A stretch of 64,000 bases of DNA from Squalus acanthias (Eukaryota): contig JASTWF010000351.1 of the NCBI GenBank assembly GCA_030390025.1, positions 124,001 to 188,000 of the forward strand. The letters are read 5' to 3'. This document shows positions 10,901 through 24,890 of this stretch, in pieces (the stretch's first letter is position 1; each line of letters begins with the position of its first letter). The notes beneath the pieces are model-generated. The model was not told the origin of the DNA. It was given only the letters and a program-made list of their open reading frames with translations, and searched no databases. Position numbers and translations under genes: made by a program.

Positions 10901-13900
10901 AGGGTTGGGGCAGATCTAGGAGGAGCGGCGGCGGCAGGGTATAAAAGCGAGCCCGAGGAGCAGGCAGGTTTACCAATCTCAGAGCGGGAGACAGAAGTAA
11001 AAAGTAATCGAAGTGTGACGTCACCAGAAAGCAGGTAACTGATTGGTTGGTGAGTATTTCTCTCTTTCTCCTTTTTTCCATACTTAAATTCTGTGGTTTA
11101 TAGTTTCTAGAGTCTCTGTGGTGTAGCGGGGACTGCTGTTAAACAAGGGCCCTTGAGTATATCATTTAATTGAAGTGAAATTGGTGGGATTCATTTAATT
11201 TGATTTTAATTAATTAATTAATTAATTAATTAATTAAAGGGTAAGTCATGGCAGGAGATCTCTGCCCTGTGATATGCTCCTCCTGCTATATGTGGGAAAT
11301 CAGGGACGCTTCCTGTGTCCCTGACGACCATGTGTGCGGGAAGTGTATCCAGCTGCAGCTAATGATGGACCGCATTACAGCACTGGAGCTGTGGATGGAT
11401 GCATATTGGAGCATTCGCAACGCTGAGAACGTTCTGGATAGCACGTTTAGAGAGTTGGTCACACCGCAGATAAAGGGTGTACAGGCAGGAAGTGAATGGG
11501 TGACCACCAGGCAGAGTAAGAGGTGCAGGCAGGTAGTGCAGGGGTCCCCTGTGGCCATCCCCCTCTCAAACAGATATGCCACTTTGGATGTTGGGGGGGG
11601 GGATGACTTATCAGGGGAAGGCAGCAGCAGCCAACTTCCTAGCACCATGGGTGGCTCTGCTGCAGAGGCTGGGAGGAAAAATTTGGAAGAGCTATAGTGA
11701 TAGGGGATTCAATTGTAAGGGGAATAGATAGGCGTTTCTGCGGCCGCAAACGTGACTCCTGGATGGTGTGTTGCCTCGCTGGTGCAAGGATCAAGAACGT
11801 CTCAGAGCGGCTACAGAACATTCTGGAGGGGGAGGCCGACAAGCCAGTTGTCGTGGTGCATATGGGCATCAACGATATAGGTAAAAAAACGGGATGAGGC
11901 CCTAAAAGTAGAATATAGGGAGTTAGGAGGTAAATTAAAAAATAGGACCTCAAAGGTCGTAATCTCAAGATTGCTACCAGTGCCACGTGCTAGTCAGTGT
12001 AGAAATTGAAGGATATTTCAAATGAATACGTGGCGAGAGGAATGGTGCAAGGGGGAGGGATTCCAGTTCCTTGGACATTGGAACCGGTTCTGGGGGAGGT
12101 GGGATCAGTAGAAACGGGACGGTCTGCACCTGGGCAGGGCCGGGACCAATGTCCTAGGTGGAGTGTTTGCTAGTGCTGTTGGGGAGGGTTTAAACTAAAG
12201 TGGCAGGGGGTTGGGAACCTCAGCAGGGAGACAGAGGAAAGGGAAACAAGGGTAAAAGCAAAAGACAGGAAGGAGAAAAACAAAAGTAGAAGGCAAAGAA
12301 CTCAACGGTTTAAATCAAACATGGTCACAGTAAATAATAATTGATATAGGTCTGAGTGCGTTAAAAAAAACAAGCCTGAAGGCTTTGGGGGAGAGATTCA
12401 GTATCGCCCCATTTGGGGTGCAATTATCTGCCGGGCGCACAGATTAGCACCTGGCGCTAATTATCGCCACCGACTGCAAACTTGACTTTTATCGCCCCTG
12501 GAGGTGATTGGAGCGCTAAATCAGGCGCTTCACACCTGTCTTAAGGCGCAAATGCCAAGGAGCGAGGCGCTACCTCAGAGCACTGGTGAAGCTCATGTAA
12601 TGTCAGGCAACAATGGAACACACACACAATGACATGGGCCAGTTCTTAAAGGGGATGGTTAATCTTGCTTTCCATCCACATCCTGCTCATTGCAGCCTTG
12701 AATCTCGGCCTGGAGAGACCTGCACATCAAATCTGCTGGAAAGATCAATGGAGGGTACCAGGCAAAGAGCTCAGAGTGCAGTCCCCACAGTCTCTTCTAA
12801 ATCGATACAAGGAATGGCAAATCAAAATGAACCTGCAAAGTGCTGCTCAGTACCCAAAACTCCTTCACACAACGTTGAATCTCTCCAGAAGGCTCTCTGT
12901 CTCTCGCTCAGAATGCGTAGTTCAAAAATGGCACCAACAATAAAAGGCAGGAAGCGGTCACCTTTAAATAGCGCTCCCCCTTTCCCTTCATGACTGCAGA
13001 ACGCTCCCCTCAACCTGTCGTTGCTAGCGTCAGGCGGTAAGGCAGGGGGCGCCACTCAATATCCGCTCCGGGGCAATACTGGGGCGTTGCGCACTCGACT
13101 GACGTCACGATCTGCCAGCGCAGGATATCGTGGCGGTAGTGTTTAGCGCCGCCGCAAAATGTCTAGTTAATTTCGCGAGCGGCACAAACTTCCCCACGCC
13201 TGGGCGCTAGATACTTAGCGCCCCATTAGCGCCCTCTTAAGGCGCTAACGGGAGGCGCAAACAACTGAATTTTTCCCCGTTTGTGTCTTAATGCAAGGAG
13301 CATTCGGAAAAAGGTGGATGAATTAGCTACACAAATAGAGGTAAATGAATACGATTTGATTGGGATTACAGAAACATGGCTCCAGGGTGACCAAGGCTGG
13401 GAACTCAACATCCAGGGGTCTTCAATATTTAGGAAAGATAGGCAAAAAAGAAAGGGAGCTGGGGTTGCATTGCTGGTTAAAGAGGGGATTAACACAATTG
13501 AAAGGAAGGATATTAGCTCTGATGATGCGGAATCTGTATGGGTAGAACTGAGAAATAACAAGGGGCAGAAAACGTTAGTGGGAGTGGTATATAGACCTCC
13601 AAACAGTAATACGGAGGTTGGGGATGGCATTAAAAGGGAAATTAGTGAAGCATGCAGTAAGGGCACAGCAGTCATCATGGGTGACTTTAATTTACATATA
13701 AATTGGGCTAACCAAATTATTGAAAATACTGTGGAGGAGGAATTCCAAGAATGTTTACGGGATGGTTTTCTGGAACAATATGTCGAGGAACCAACCAGAG
13801 ATCAGGCCATCTTACACTGGGTATTATGTAACGAGAAAGGATTATTTAGCAATCTTGTTGTACGAGGCCACTAGGGTCAGAGTGATCATAATATGATAGA

Positions 13901-16172
13901 ATTCTTCATTAGGATGGAGAGTGAAGTAGTTGAATCAGAGACCAGGGTCCTGAATTTAAATAAAGGAAACTACGATGGTATGAGGCGCGAATTGGGTAGG
14001 ATTGATTGGGGAATTTCACTCAAAGGGTTGACGGTGGATAGGCAATGGCAAACATTCAAAGAGTGCATGGATGAACTACAGAATTTGTTCATCCCAGTGT
14101 GGCATAAGAATAAAACAAAAAGGGTGACTCAACCGTGGCTAACAAGGGAAATTAGGGATAGCATAAGATCCAAGGAGAGGGCATACACATTGGCCAGAAA
14201 AAGCGGTAACCCTGAGGATTGGGAGCAGTTTAGGATTCAACAAAGGAGGACAAAGGGATTAATTAAGAAGGGGAAAAGAGAACATGAAAGTAAGCTTGCA
14301 GGGAACATAAAAACTGACTAAGAGTTTATATAAATATGTGAAGAGAAAAAGATTAGTTAAATCAAGTGTAGGTCCCTTGCAGTCAGAAGCGGGAGAAGTT
14401 ATAATGGGGAACAAAGAAATGGCAGACCAATTAAATGCATATTTTGGTTCTGTCTTCACAAAGGAGGACACAAATAACCTCCCAGAGATGTTGGAGAACA
14501 TACGGTCTGATGAAAACGAGGAACTGAAAGAAATCAGTATTTGCAGGGAAATGGTGCTAGGGAAATTGATGGGATTGAAGGCCGATAAATCCCCAGGGCC
14601 TGATAATCTACATGCTAGGGTACTTAAGGAAGTGGCCCTAGAAATAGTAGATGCATTGCTGATCATCTTCCGACATTCGATGGAATCTGGAACTGTACCC
14701 ATTGATTGGAGGGTAGCTAATGTTACCCCACTATTCAAAAAGTGTGGTAGAGAGAAAGCGGGGAATTAAAAACCGGTAAGCCTGACATCGGTAGTGGGGA
14801 ACATGCTAGAGTCCATTATAAAGGATGTAATAGCTGAGCACTTGAAAAACAGTGACAGGATCGGACAAAGTCAACATGGATTTACAAAAGGTAAATCGTG
14901 CTTGACTATTCTACTGGAATTTTTTGAGGATGTAACTGGGAAAATAGATGAGGGAGAACCAGTAGATGTGGTGTATTTGGACTTTCAAAAGGCTTTCGAT
15001 AAGGTCCCGCATAAGAGATTAGCGTATAAATTTAAGGCACATGGGATTGGGGGCAAGGTATTGACTTTGATAGAGAACTGCTTGGAAAAAGAAAGCACAG
15101 AGTAGGAATTAATGGGTCTTTTTCCGAGTGGCAGGCAGTGACTAGTGGGGTACCGCAAGAATCGGTACTTGGACCCCAGCTATTCACAATTTACATTAAT
15201 AATCTAGATAAGGGAACTAATAGTAATATCTCCAAGTTTGCAGATGACACAAAGCTGGGTGGGAGTGTGTGCTGCGAGGATGCCGAGAAACTCCAGTATG
15301 ATTTGGACAGGTTGGGTGAGTGGGCAGAAGCATGGCAGATGCAATATAACGTGGATAAATGCGAGGTTATCCACTTTGGTGTCAAAAACAAAAAGGCAGA
15401 CGATTGTCTGAATCGCAATAGATTGGGAGAAGGGGAAGTGCAACGACTCCTGGGTGTCCTTGTGCACCAGTTGCTGAAGGTAAGCATGCAGGTGCAGCAG
15501 GCGGTGAAGAAGGCAAATGGTATGTGGGCCTTCATAGCGAAACGGTTTGAGTATAGGAACAGGGATGTCCTGCTGCAGTTGTACAGGGCCTTGGTGAGAC
15601 CACACCTTGAGTATTGTGTGCAGTTTTGGTCGCCTTATCTGAGGAAGGATGTTCTTGCCATTGAGGGAGTTCAGCGAAGATTCACAAGGCTGATACCTGG
15701 GATGGCACGAATGACATATGAGGAGAGATTGGGTCGATTGGGCTTATACTCGCTGGAGTATAGAAGAATGAGAGGGGATCTCATCGAAACAAATAAATTC
15801 TGACAGGTCTGGACAAACTTGATGCAGGAAGAATATTCCCGTTGGTCAGAGAGTCCAGAACCAGGGTCATAATCTAAGGATAAGGGGTAAGCCATTTAGG
15901 ACAGAAATGAGGAAGAATTTCTTCACCCAGAGAGTGGTGAACCTGTGGAATTCTCTACCACAGAAGGTAGTTGAGGCCAAGTCATTAAATATATTCAAGA
16001 AGGAGTTAGATATATTTCTTAAAGTTAAAGGTATCAAGGGAAATGGGGAGAAGGCAGGGACAGGGTACTGAGTTTGGATGATCAGCCATGATCTCATCGA
16101 ATGACGGAGCAGGCTCGAGGGGCCGAATGGCGTACTCCTGCTCCTATCTTCCATGTTTCTATGTTTCTATGT
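10901..16172 (+). mobile_element. Full-length but mutated CR1 LINE (family A) inserted in the minisatellite
   Basis: 5'UTR, ORF1 from 11248 (zinc finger plus esterase), ORF2 fragments 13281-16070, tail catgtttctatgtttctatgt. Confidence 0.93.
12387..13279. mobile_element. Non-autonomous DNA transposon (MITE), probably PIF/Harbinger-like, inserted in CR1 ORF2
   Basis: 16-bp imperfect TIRs gggggagagattcagt / actgaatttttccccg; TTT duplicated on both sides; the empty site aaggctttgtgtctt is seen in the sister CR1 near 1312-1326 (minus strand). Confidence 0.75.
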
Positions 16173-19100
16173 GTACCTGTCAGTTTCTGATATGTGAATT
16201 GGGTTTTATCCTGTACCTTTCACATTCTGGTATGTGAGTGGAGTTTTGTCCTGTACCTGTCACATTCTGGTATGTGAGTGGAGTTTTGTCCTGTACCTGT
16301 CATTTTCTGATATGTGAGTGGGGTTTTCTCATCTACCTCTCAATTTCTGGTACGTGAGTGTGATTTTGTCCTGTACCTGTCAGTTTCAGGTATGTGACTG
16401 CGGTTTTATACTGTACCTGTCAGTGTCTGAAGTGAGAGTGTGGGTTTAATACTGTACCTCCCATTTCCTGGTATTTGAATGTGAATTTCACCCTGTAGCT
16501 GTCTGTCACTGGTAAGTGGATGTGGGATTTAATCTGTCCCCTTCAGTTTCTGGTATATTTGTGGGGCTTATTCTCTCCATGTCAGTTTCTGTCATGTGAT
16601 TGTGGATTTTCTACTGTACCTGTCAAATTCTGGTATGTGAGTGGAGTTTTGTCCTGGATCTGTCACATTCTGATATGTGAGTGGGGTTTTGAACTCTACC
16701 TGTCAGTTTCTGGTATGTGATTGTGGCTTTGAACTGTACCTGTCAGTTTCTGGTATGTGAGTGGGGTTTTGTCCTGTTCCTGTCAGTTTCTGGTATGTGA
16801 CTGGGGTTTTGTCCTGTTCCTGTCAGTTTCTGGTATGTGAGTGGGGTTTTGTCCTGTTCCTGTCAGTTTCTGGTATGTGACTGGGGTTTTGTCCTGTACC
16901 TGTCAGTTTCTGGTATGTGAGTGGGGCTTTGTCCTATACTGTTAGTTTCTTGTATGAGAGTGGGGATTTGTCCTGTACCTGGCATATGCTGGTATGTGAG
17001 TGATGCTTTGACCTGTACCTGTCCGTCTCTGATATGTGAGTCGGGTTTTGTCATCAACCTCTCAGTTTCTGGTGTGTGAGTGGTGATTTGTCTTGTACCT
17101 TTCAGTTTCTGGTATGTGACTGGGGTTTTATACTGTACCTGTCAGTGTCTGACGTGAGAGTGTGTGTTTAACACTGTACCTCTCATTTCCTGGTATTTGA
17201 GTGGGAATTTTACCCTGTAGCTGTCTGTCACTGGTAAGTGGATGTGGGATTTATTCTGTCCCCGTCAGTTTCTGGTATATGAGTGTTGCTTAAACTGTCC
17301 ATGTCAGTTTCTGATATGTGAGTGTGAATTTTATACTGTACCTGTCAGTATCTGGTGTCAGAGTGTGGGTTTTATACTGTACCTGTCAGTGTCTGACATG
17401 AGAGTGTGTGTTTAACACTGTACCTCTCATTTCCTGGTATTTGAGAGGGAATTTTACCCTGTAGCTGTCTGTCACTGGTAAGTGGATGTTTGATTTAGTC
17501 TGTCCCCGTCAGTTTCTGGTATATGAGTGGGGTTTTGTCCAGTACCTGTCACATTCTAGTATGTGAGTGGGGTTTTGTCCTGAACCTGTCACATTCTGAC
17601 ATATGAGTGGGGTTTTGTCCTGTACCTTTCAGTTTCTGGTATGTGATTGGAGTTTTATCCTGTACCTGTCAGTTTCTTTTATGTGAGTGGGGTTTTGTCG
17701 TGTACCTGTCAGTTTCTGGTATGTGAGTGAGGTTTTATCCTGTACTAGTCATTTTCTAATATGTGAGTGGGGTTTTGTCCTGTACCTGTCTGTTTCTGGT
17801 ATGTGAGTGGGGTTTTGTCCTTTACCTGTCAGTTTCTGGTATTTGAGTGGGGTTCTGTCCTGTACCTGACAGTTTCTGATTTGTGAGTGGGATTTTGTCC
17901 TGTACCTGTCAGTTTCTGGTACATAAGTGAGATATTTTCCTGTACCTTTCTGTTTCTGTTATGTTTGTGGGGATTTGTCCTGTACCTGTTAGTAACTGCT
18001 TTGTGAGTGGTGTTTTATCCTGTACCTGTCAGCTTCTGGTATGTGAGTGGGGTTTTGTCTTGTACCTGTCAGTTTCTGGTATGTGAGTGGGGTTTTGTCC
18101 TGTATCTGATAGCAAAATACTGCGGATGCTGGAAATCTGAAATAACAACAGAAAACGCTGGAAAAACTCAGCAGGCCAGGCAACATCCATGGAGAGAGAA
18201 ACAGAGTTAACGTTTCAGGTCGAAACCCTTCTTCGGAACTGAGAGAAAAGCAGGAAATTAAACAGATAAAAATGCAAGGGGAAGGCTGGGGGGAGGAATA
18301 AAAGAACAAAAGGGGTGGTCTATGGTAAGTAGAGACATTAAGAGATACTCAAGGCAAGACGAGATGGTAATGGGACAGGTTAAGAAACAAAAGGTGAGGT
18401 GTGAAATGCTGGCAGAATGAGGGACAGCTGCCGTAGGGGGAGAGAGAGAAAAAAAAGGAAAAAGGCACGGACCAAAAGGGTGGATAAAATGTATATATAT
18501 GTGGTAGGGATCGGGGTTATGATCTGAAATTGTTGAACTCAATATTGAGTCCTGAAGTCTGTAAAGTGCCTAAACGAAAGATGAGGTGCTGTTCCTCGAG
18601 ATTTTGTCCTGTATCTGTCAGCTTCTAGTATGTGAGTGGGGTTTTGTCCTATACCTGTCAGTTTCTGGTATGTGAGTGGGGTTTTGTTCTGTACCTGGCA
18701 GTTTCTGGTCTGTCAGTGGGGTTTTGTCATGTACCTGTCAGTTTCTGGTTTGTGAGTGGGGTTTTATCCTGTACCTGTCAGTTTCTGGTATGTGAGTGGG
18801 GTTCTGTCCTTTACCTGTCAGTTTCTGGTCTGCGAGTGGGATTTTGTTCTGTACCTCTCTTTTTCTGGTACGTGAGTGTGATTTTGTCCTGTACCTGTCA
18901 GTAACTGGTATGTGATTGGGATTTTGTCCTGTACCTGTCAGTTTCTGGTATATGAGTGGGGTTTTGTCCTATACCTGTCAGTTTCTGGTATGTGATTGAG
19001 GTTTTGTCCTGTACCTGTCATATTCTGGTATGCAAGTGGGGTTTTGACCCGTACCTGTCACATTCTGGTATGTGAGTGGGGTTTTGTCCTGTATCTGTCA

Positions 19101-21520
19101 AATTCTGCTATGTGAGTGGGGTTTTGTCCTGGATCTGTCAAATTCTGGTATGTGAGTGGGGTTTTGTCCTGGATCTGTCAAATTCTGCTATTTGAGTGGG
19201 GTACTGAACTGTACCTGTCAGTTTCTGGTATGTGAGTGGGGTTTTGTCCTGTTCCTGTCAGTTTCTGATATGTGAATGTGGCTTTGTTCTGCACCTGTCA
19301 GTTTCTGATATGTGAGTGGGGCTTTGTCATCGACCTCTCAATTACTGGTATGTGAGTGGTGATTTGTCTTGTACCTGTCAGTTTCTGGTATGTGACTGGG
19401 GTTTTATACTGTACCTGTCAGTGTCTGACGTGAGAGTGTGTGTTTAATAATGTACCTCTCATTTCCTGGTATTTGAGTGTGAATTTTACCCTGTAGCTGT
19501 CTGTCATTGGTAAGTGGATGTGGGATTTAATCAGTCCCCGTCAGTTTCTGGTATATGAGTGGGGCTTAAACTGTCCATGTCAATTTCTGGTACATGAATG
19601 GGGTTTTGTCCTTTACCTGTCACATTCTGGTATGTGAGTGGGGTTTTGTCCTGTACCTGTCAGTTTCTGGTATGTGAGTGGGGTTTTGTCCTGTACCTGT
19701 TAGTTCTAGTATGTGAGTGGGGTTTTGTCCTATACCTGACAGTTTCTGGTATGTGAGTGGGGTTTTGTCCAGTACCTGTCTGTTTCTGGTATGTGAGTAT
19801 GCTTTGGTCCTATGCTTCTGAGTTTATGGTATGTGAGTTGGGTTTTATCCTGTACCTGTCAGTTTCTGGTATTTGAGTGGGGTTTTGTCTTGTACCCTTC
19901 ACATACTGGTATGTGATTGTGATTTTGTCCTGCACCTGTCAGTTTCTGATACGTGAGTGGGTTTTGTCCTGTACCTGTCGGTTTCTTGTATTTGAATGCG
20001 GTTTTGTCCTGGTGCTGTCACATTCTAGTATGCGAGAGGTGTTTTCTCCTCTACCTGTCAGTTTCTGATATGTGAGTGGGGTTTTGTCCTGTACCTGTCA
20101 GTTTCAGGTATGTGAGTGGGGTTTTGTCCTGTAACTGTCAGTTTCTGGTAATTGTGAGGGGTTTTGTCCTGTAGCTGTCAGTTTCTGGTATTCGAGTGTG
20201 GTTTTGTCCTCTACCTGTAACATTCTGGTCTGTGCATGGGTTTTGTCCTGTACCTGTTAGTAACTGGGATGTGATGGGGTTTTATCCTGTACCTATAAGT
20301 TTCTGATGTGTGTGGGGATTTCTCCTGTACCTCTCAGTTTCTGGTATGTGACTTGGGTTTTGTCCTGTACCTGGCAATTTTTGGTACTTGAGTGGGGTTT
20401 TCTACTCTACCTGTCAGTTTCTGGTATGTGACTGTGGTTTTGTCCTGTAACTCTCAGTTTCTGGTACGTGAGTGAGGTTTTGTCCTGTAACTCTCAGTTT
20501 CTGGTATGTGAGTGGGGTTTTATCCTGTACCTGTCAGTTTCTGTTATATTTTTGGGTTATGTCCTGTACCTCTCAGCTTCTGGTATGTGAATGTAGGTTT
20601 TATTCTGTACCTCTCAGTTTTGTTATGTTAGAGTGGGTTTTATGCTGTACCTCACAGTTTCTGTTATATGAATGTGTGTTTGAATCAGTACCTGCTATTT
20701 TCTGGCATGGGATTGTGGCTTGTAATATGTATCTGTCCATATCTGGCACGTGAGTGTGTATTTGACTCTGTATCTGTCAGTGTCTTTTATGTGAGTGCTA
20801 ATTTTACTCTATAGCTGTCACTTTCTGGGAGGTGTTTGTTGATTTTACTCTGTATCTGTCAGTCTCTGGGATGTGAGTGGTGTTTTGTCCTGTAACTCTC
20901 AGTTTCTGTTATGTGGGTGGGGTTTTATCCTGTACCTGTCAGTTTCATTGATGTGAGTGTGGGATTTACTCTGTTTCTGTCAATTTCTGGAATTTGTGCG
21001 TCGGTTTTACTCTATGCCTTCCAATCTCTGGTGTGTGAGAGTGGATTTTATTCTGTAAATGACTGTCTCTGGAATGTGCGTGTGGGTTTCACACTGTATA
21101 TGTCAGTTTCTATTATGTGAATGTTGATATTCTTTGCCTGTCAGTTTCTGGTATGTTTATCTGGGTTTGACTCTGTGTCAGTCAGTCACCTTCATGTGAG
21201 AGTTGATTTTACTCTATAGCTGTTAACCTGTGGTATGTAAGTGTGTCTTTTACTGTGTATCTCTTAGTCTCTGGTATGTGAGCCTGTGTTTTACTCTGTA
21301 TCTCACAGTCTCTGGGATTTGAATATGGGCTTTACTCTATAACTGTCTTTCTCTGGGATGTGAGTGTGAGTTTTACTCTGTATCTGTCTGTTTCTGATAT
21401 GAGTAAGGGTTTTAATCAGTAACTGCCAGTTTCTGGCATGGGAGTGTGTTTTTTTGTCTGTATCTTTCAGTCTCCAGGATGCAAGTGTGGGTTATATCTG
21501 TACCTGTCAGTTTCTGGTGA
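16173..21520. repeat. Minisatellite with 40-bp unit CTGTACCTGTCAGTTTCTGGTATGTGAGTGGGGTTTTGTC, degenerating to ~41-bp units distally
   Basis: Direct tandem periodicity is visible throughout. Confidence 0.97.
18109..18601 (-). mobile_element. 5'-truncated Penelope-like element (endonuclease C-terminus, 3' repeat, HHR-like motif at 18205-18240) with 16-bp TSD
   Basis: Minus strand translates LEEQHLIFRLGTLQTSGLNIEFNNFRS*; ttttgtcctgtatctg duplicated at 18093-18108 and 18602-18617. Confidence 0.82.
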
Positions 21521-21559
21521 GTGATTGTGGATTTCACTCTCTACCTGTCTGTCGCTGAT

Positions 21560-22350
21560 ATGCGAGTGTGAGTTTCTGTCTATCTGTCTGTCTCTAGTAT
21601 GTGAGTATGAGTTTCAGTCTATCTGTCTGTCTCTGGTATGGGAGTGTGAGTTTCTGTCTATCTGTCTGTCACTGGTAGGGGAGTGTGAGTTTCTGTCTGT
21701 CTCTGGTATGTGAGTGTGAGTTTCTGTCTATCTGTCTGTCACTGGTAGGGGAGTGTGAGTTTCTGTCTGTCTCTGATATGGGAGTGAGTTTCTTTCTATC
21801 TTTCTGTCACTGGTATGGGAGTGTGAGTTTCTGTCTATCTGTCTGTCTCTAGTATGTGAGTATGAGTTTCAGTCTATCTGTCTGTCTCTGGTATGGGAGT
21901 GTGAGTTTCTGTCTATCTGTCTGTCACTGGTAGGGGAGTGTGAGTTTCTGTCTGTCTCTGATATGGGAGTGAGTTTCTTTCTATCTTTCTGTCACTGGTA
22001 TGGGAGTGTGAGTTTCTGTCTATCTGTCTGTCTCTAGTATGTGAGTATGAGTTTCAGTCTATCTGTCTGTCTCTGGTATGGGAGTGTGAGTTTCTGTCTA
22101 TCTGTCTGTCACTGGTAGGGGAGTGTGAGTTTCTGTCTGTCTCTGGTATGTGAGTGTGAGTTTCTGTCTATCTGTCTGTCACTGGTAGGGGAGTGTGAGT
22201 TTCTGTCTGTCTCTGATATGGGAGTGAGTTTCTTTCTATCTTTCTGTCACTGGTATGGGAGTGTGAGTTTCTGTCTATCTGTCTGTCTCTGGTATGGGAG
22301 TGTGAGTTTCTGTCTATCTGTTGCATGTGAGTGTGAGTTTATGTATCTGT
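21560..22350. repeat. Derived minisatellite with 39/31-bp units (GAGTGTGAGTTTCTGTCTATCTGTCTGTCTCTGGTATGG) and higher-order repeats
   Basis: Variant block ctgatatgggagtgagtttctttc recurs at about 21774, 21958 and 22213. Confidence 0.9.
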
Positions 22351-23563
22351 CAGTCAATCTCAGTTACTGTAGGTGATGGTGATTCATTCTCAATAAATCA
22401 TTCACTGTGTCTGAGTGTATGAATCAATCTGTGTGTCTCAGGCTCTGGTATTGGTTGTGAGTGTGGGGTTAATTCTGTATCTGTTAGGCTGGTAATGTAT
22501 GCGAGTGTGGATTTTACTTTGTACCTGTCTGTCTCTGCTTTGTGAGTGTGGGATTGATTCTGTATCTGTTAGACTGGTAATGTATGTGAGTGTGAGAATC
22601 ATTCTGTAATTTACAGTCTCTTGTACTGTACTATTCTTGCTCTGTGTGACTGATGGATTCCATTCCTACTCCACCTTGTGTAGGCCAATGCTAGTTTGAT
22701 TTTATCTGTGACTGTCTCAGGATGAGGTTTGGTTCAGTCCATTACCTCTGATTCTCTGATCTTGTCTGTTAGTTGATGGGTTTGACAGTCTGTGTACAGC
22801 CAGCAGTGTGGATTGAAAACATATCATTGTCTATCTGTTCATGTGTGTGTGTGAGGGAGTGAAAATATATCAGCCTGTCAGTGAGATATGTTTGGACTTT
22901 GAAACAATATCTTATTCTACTGCTGCAAGTGACTGTGAGATTCATAATGTAACTCTGGGAATTCGGATCACTGTGGGACTGACTGCTTCTGCTGCCGGTA
23001 ATAATAGAATAGAGGCCAGTTCAGTGTCTCTGCGCTCTGTGAGTGATAATGTACTTACTGTGTGTGAGAAGGAGCTGCCTGCACTGTTCCTTGTGACCGG
23101 GTGGAGGAAAGATCACATTTATTCTGGCTCATTGAAGTATTTTCCTAGGGAATAATAAGAGAAAAATATTAGTTATAAGATATGGACAGGTGCCGGGAGA
23201 ATATTAAAAAAAAAGTTATAATGTACGTGTTTGTTCATAATAAAGTAAAGTATCTGGAGAGAGGAAACCGCGATACAAACAGTGTCATTGTCTGACCTCA
23301 CTGCAGTACAGCGGAACTCAGATTATCCACACCAGGTGTGTAGGTCGGTTCTATATTAAGTTATCAGCATCCAGACACAACCCAAACCCAGCACTAGACC
23401 ATGAATGGGACCACCCGATTGGCACGGTCCAGGTTTTCAACTCCCTTTCCCATGGGACTACCTGTAAAATTCCGGATCGCTTCCTGGAATATAACCACAG
23501 GTACCTGGGCTGTACAACAATTGTCTTCAGTCTATTGAGGCTGAGTTGAGGGCCTGTGTAGTT

Positions 23564-24890
23564 AAGAACAGAAGAACATAAGATATAGGAGCAGGAGTAG
23601 GCCATTCGGCCCCTCGAGCCTGCTCCGCCATGTAATGAGATCATGGCTGATCCGATTTTGGCCGCAATTCCACTTTCCTGCCCGCTCCACATAACCTTGA
23701 ATCCCCTGTTGCTCAAAAATCTGTCTAACCCCACATTAAATATATTCAATGACCCAGCCTCCACAGCTCTCTGGGGTAGAGAATTCCACAGGTTCACGAC
23801 CCTCTGAGAGAAGAAATTCCTCCTCATCTCTGTTTTAAATGGGTGACCCCCTTATTCTGAAACTATGCCCCGTAGTTCTAGATTCGCCCATAAGGGGAAA
23901 CATCCTCTCTGCATTTACCTTGTCAAGCCCCCTCAGTACCTTATATGTTTCAATAAGATCACCTCTCATTCTTCTAAACTCCAATGTGTATAGGCCCAAC
24001 CTGCTGAACCTTTCTTCGTAAGACAATCACTTCATCTCAGTAATCAACCTAGTAAACCTTCTCTTAACAGCCTCCAATGCAAGTATATCCCTCCTTAAAT
24101 AAGGAGACCAAAACTGTACGCAGTACTCCAGGTGTGGTCTCACCAATGCCCTGTACAGTTGTAACAGGATTTCCCTACTTTTATACTCCATTCCCTTTGC
24201 AATAAAGGCCAACATTCCGTTTGCCTTCCTAATTACTTGCTGTACCTGCATGCTAACATTTTGTGTTTCATGTACAAGTACCCCAGATCCCTCGGTACTG
24301 CAGCATTTTGTAATCTCTCTCCATTTAAATAATAATTTGCTTTTTTATTTTTTCTACCAAAGTGGATAACCTCACATTTTCCCACGTTATACTCCATCTG
24401 ACAATACTTTGCCCACTCACTTACACTATTTATATCCCTTTGCAAATTCTTTGTGTCCTCTTCACAACTTGCTTTCCCACCTCTCTTTGTGTCATCAGCA
24501 AATTTGGCGACATTACACTCGTTCCTTCATCTAAGTCATTAATATAGATTGTAAATAGTTGAGGCCCCAGCACTGATCCCTGTGGCTCCCCAAAAGTTAC
24601 AATCCGCCAACCGGAAAATGACCTATTTATCCCGAGTCTCTGTTTTCTGTTGGTTAGCCAATCCTCTATCCATGCTAATATATTACCCCCAACCCCGTGA
24701 GCTCTTATCATGTGCAGTAACCTTTTATGTGGCACCTTATCGAATGCCTTCTGGAAATCCAAATACACTACATCTACTGGTTCCCCTTGATCCACCCGGC
24801 TCATTGCATCATCAAAGAACTCCAGAAAATTTGTCAAACATGATTTCCCTTTCATAACACCATGCTGACTCTGCTGGACTGCATTATGTA
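23564..24890 (-). mobile_element. 5'-truncated degenerate CR1 LINE (RT and 3' end)
   Basis: [31 protein letters not shown]; tail aagaacagaagaacataag. Confidence 0.9.

Noticed and set aside
16173..21520. CRISPR-like array or protein-coding repeat
   Set aside because: Contiguous tandem units without unique spacers, no cas genes, eukaryotic context; the short Cys/Val-rich ORFs are by-products of the repeat. A C2H2 zinc-finger origin is unsupported (no 84-bp period or TGEKP linker).
23290..23563. Non-repetitive stretch open on the minus strand (NYTGPQLSL...)
   Set aside because: The ORF is a chimera with the CR1 tail and I recognise no homology; a translated search would be needed.
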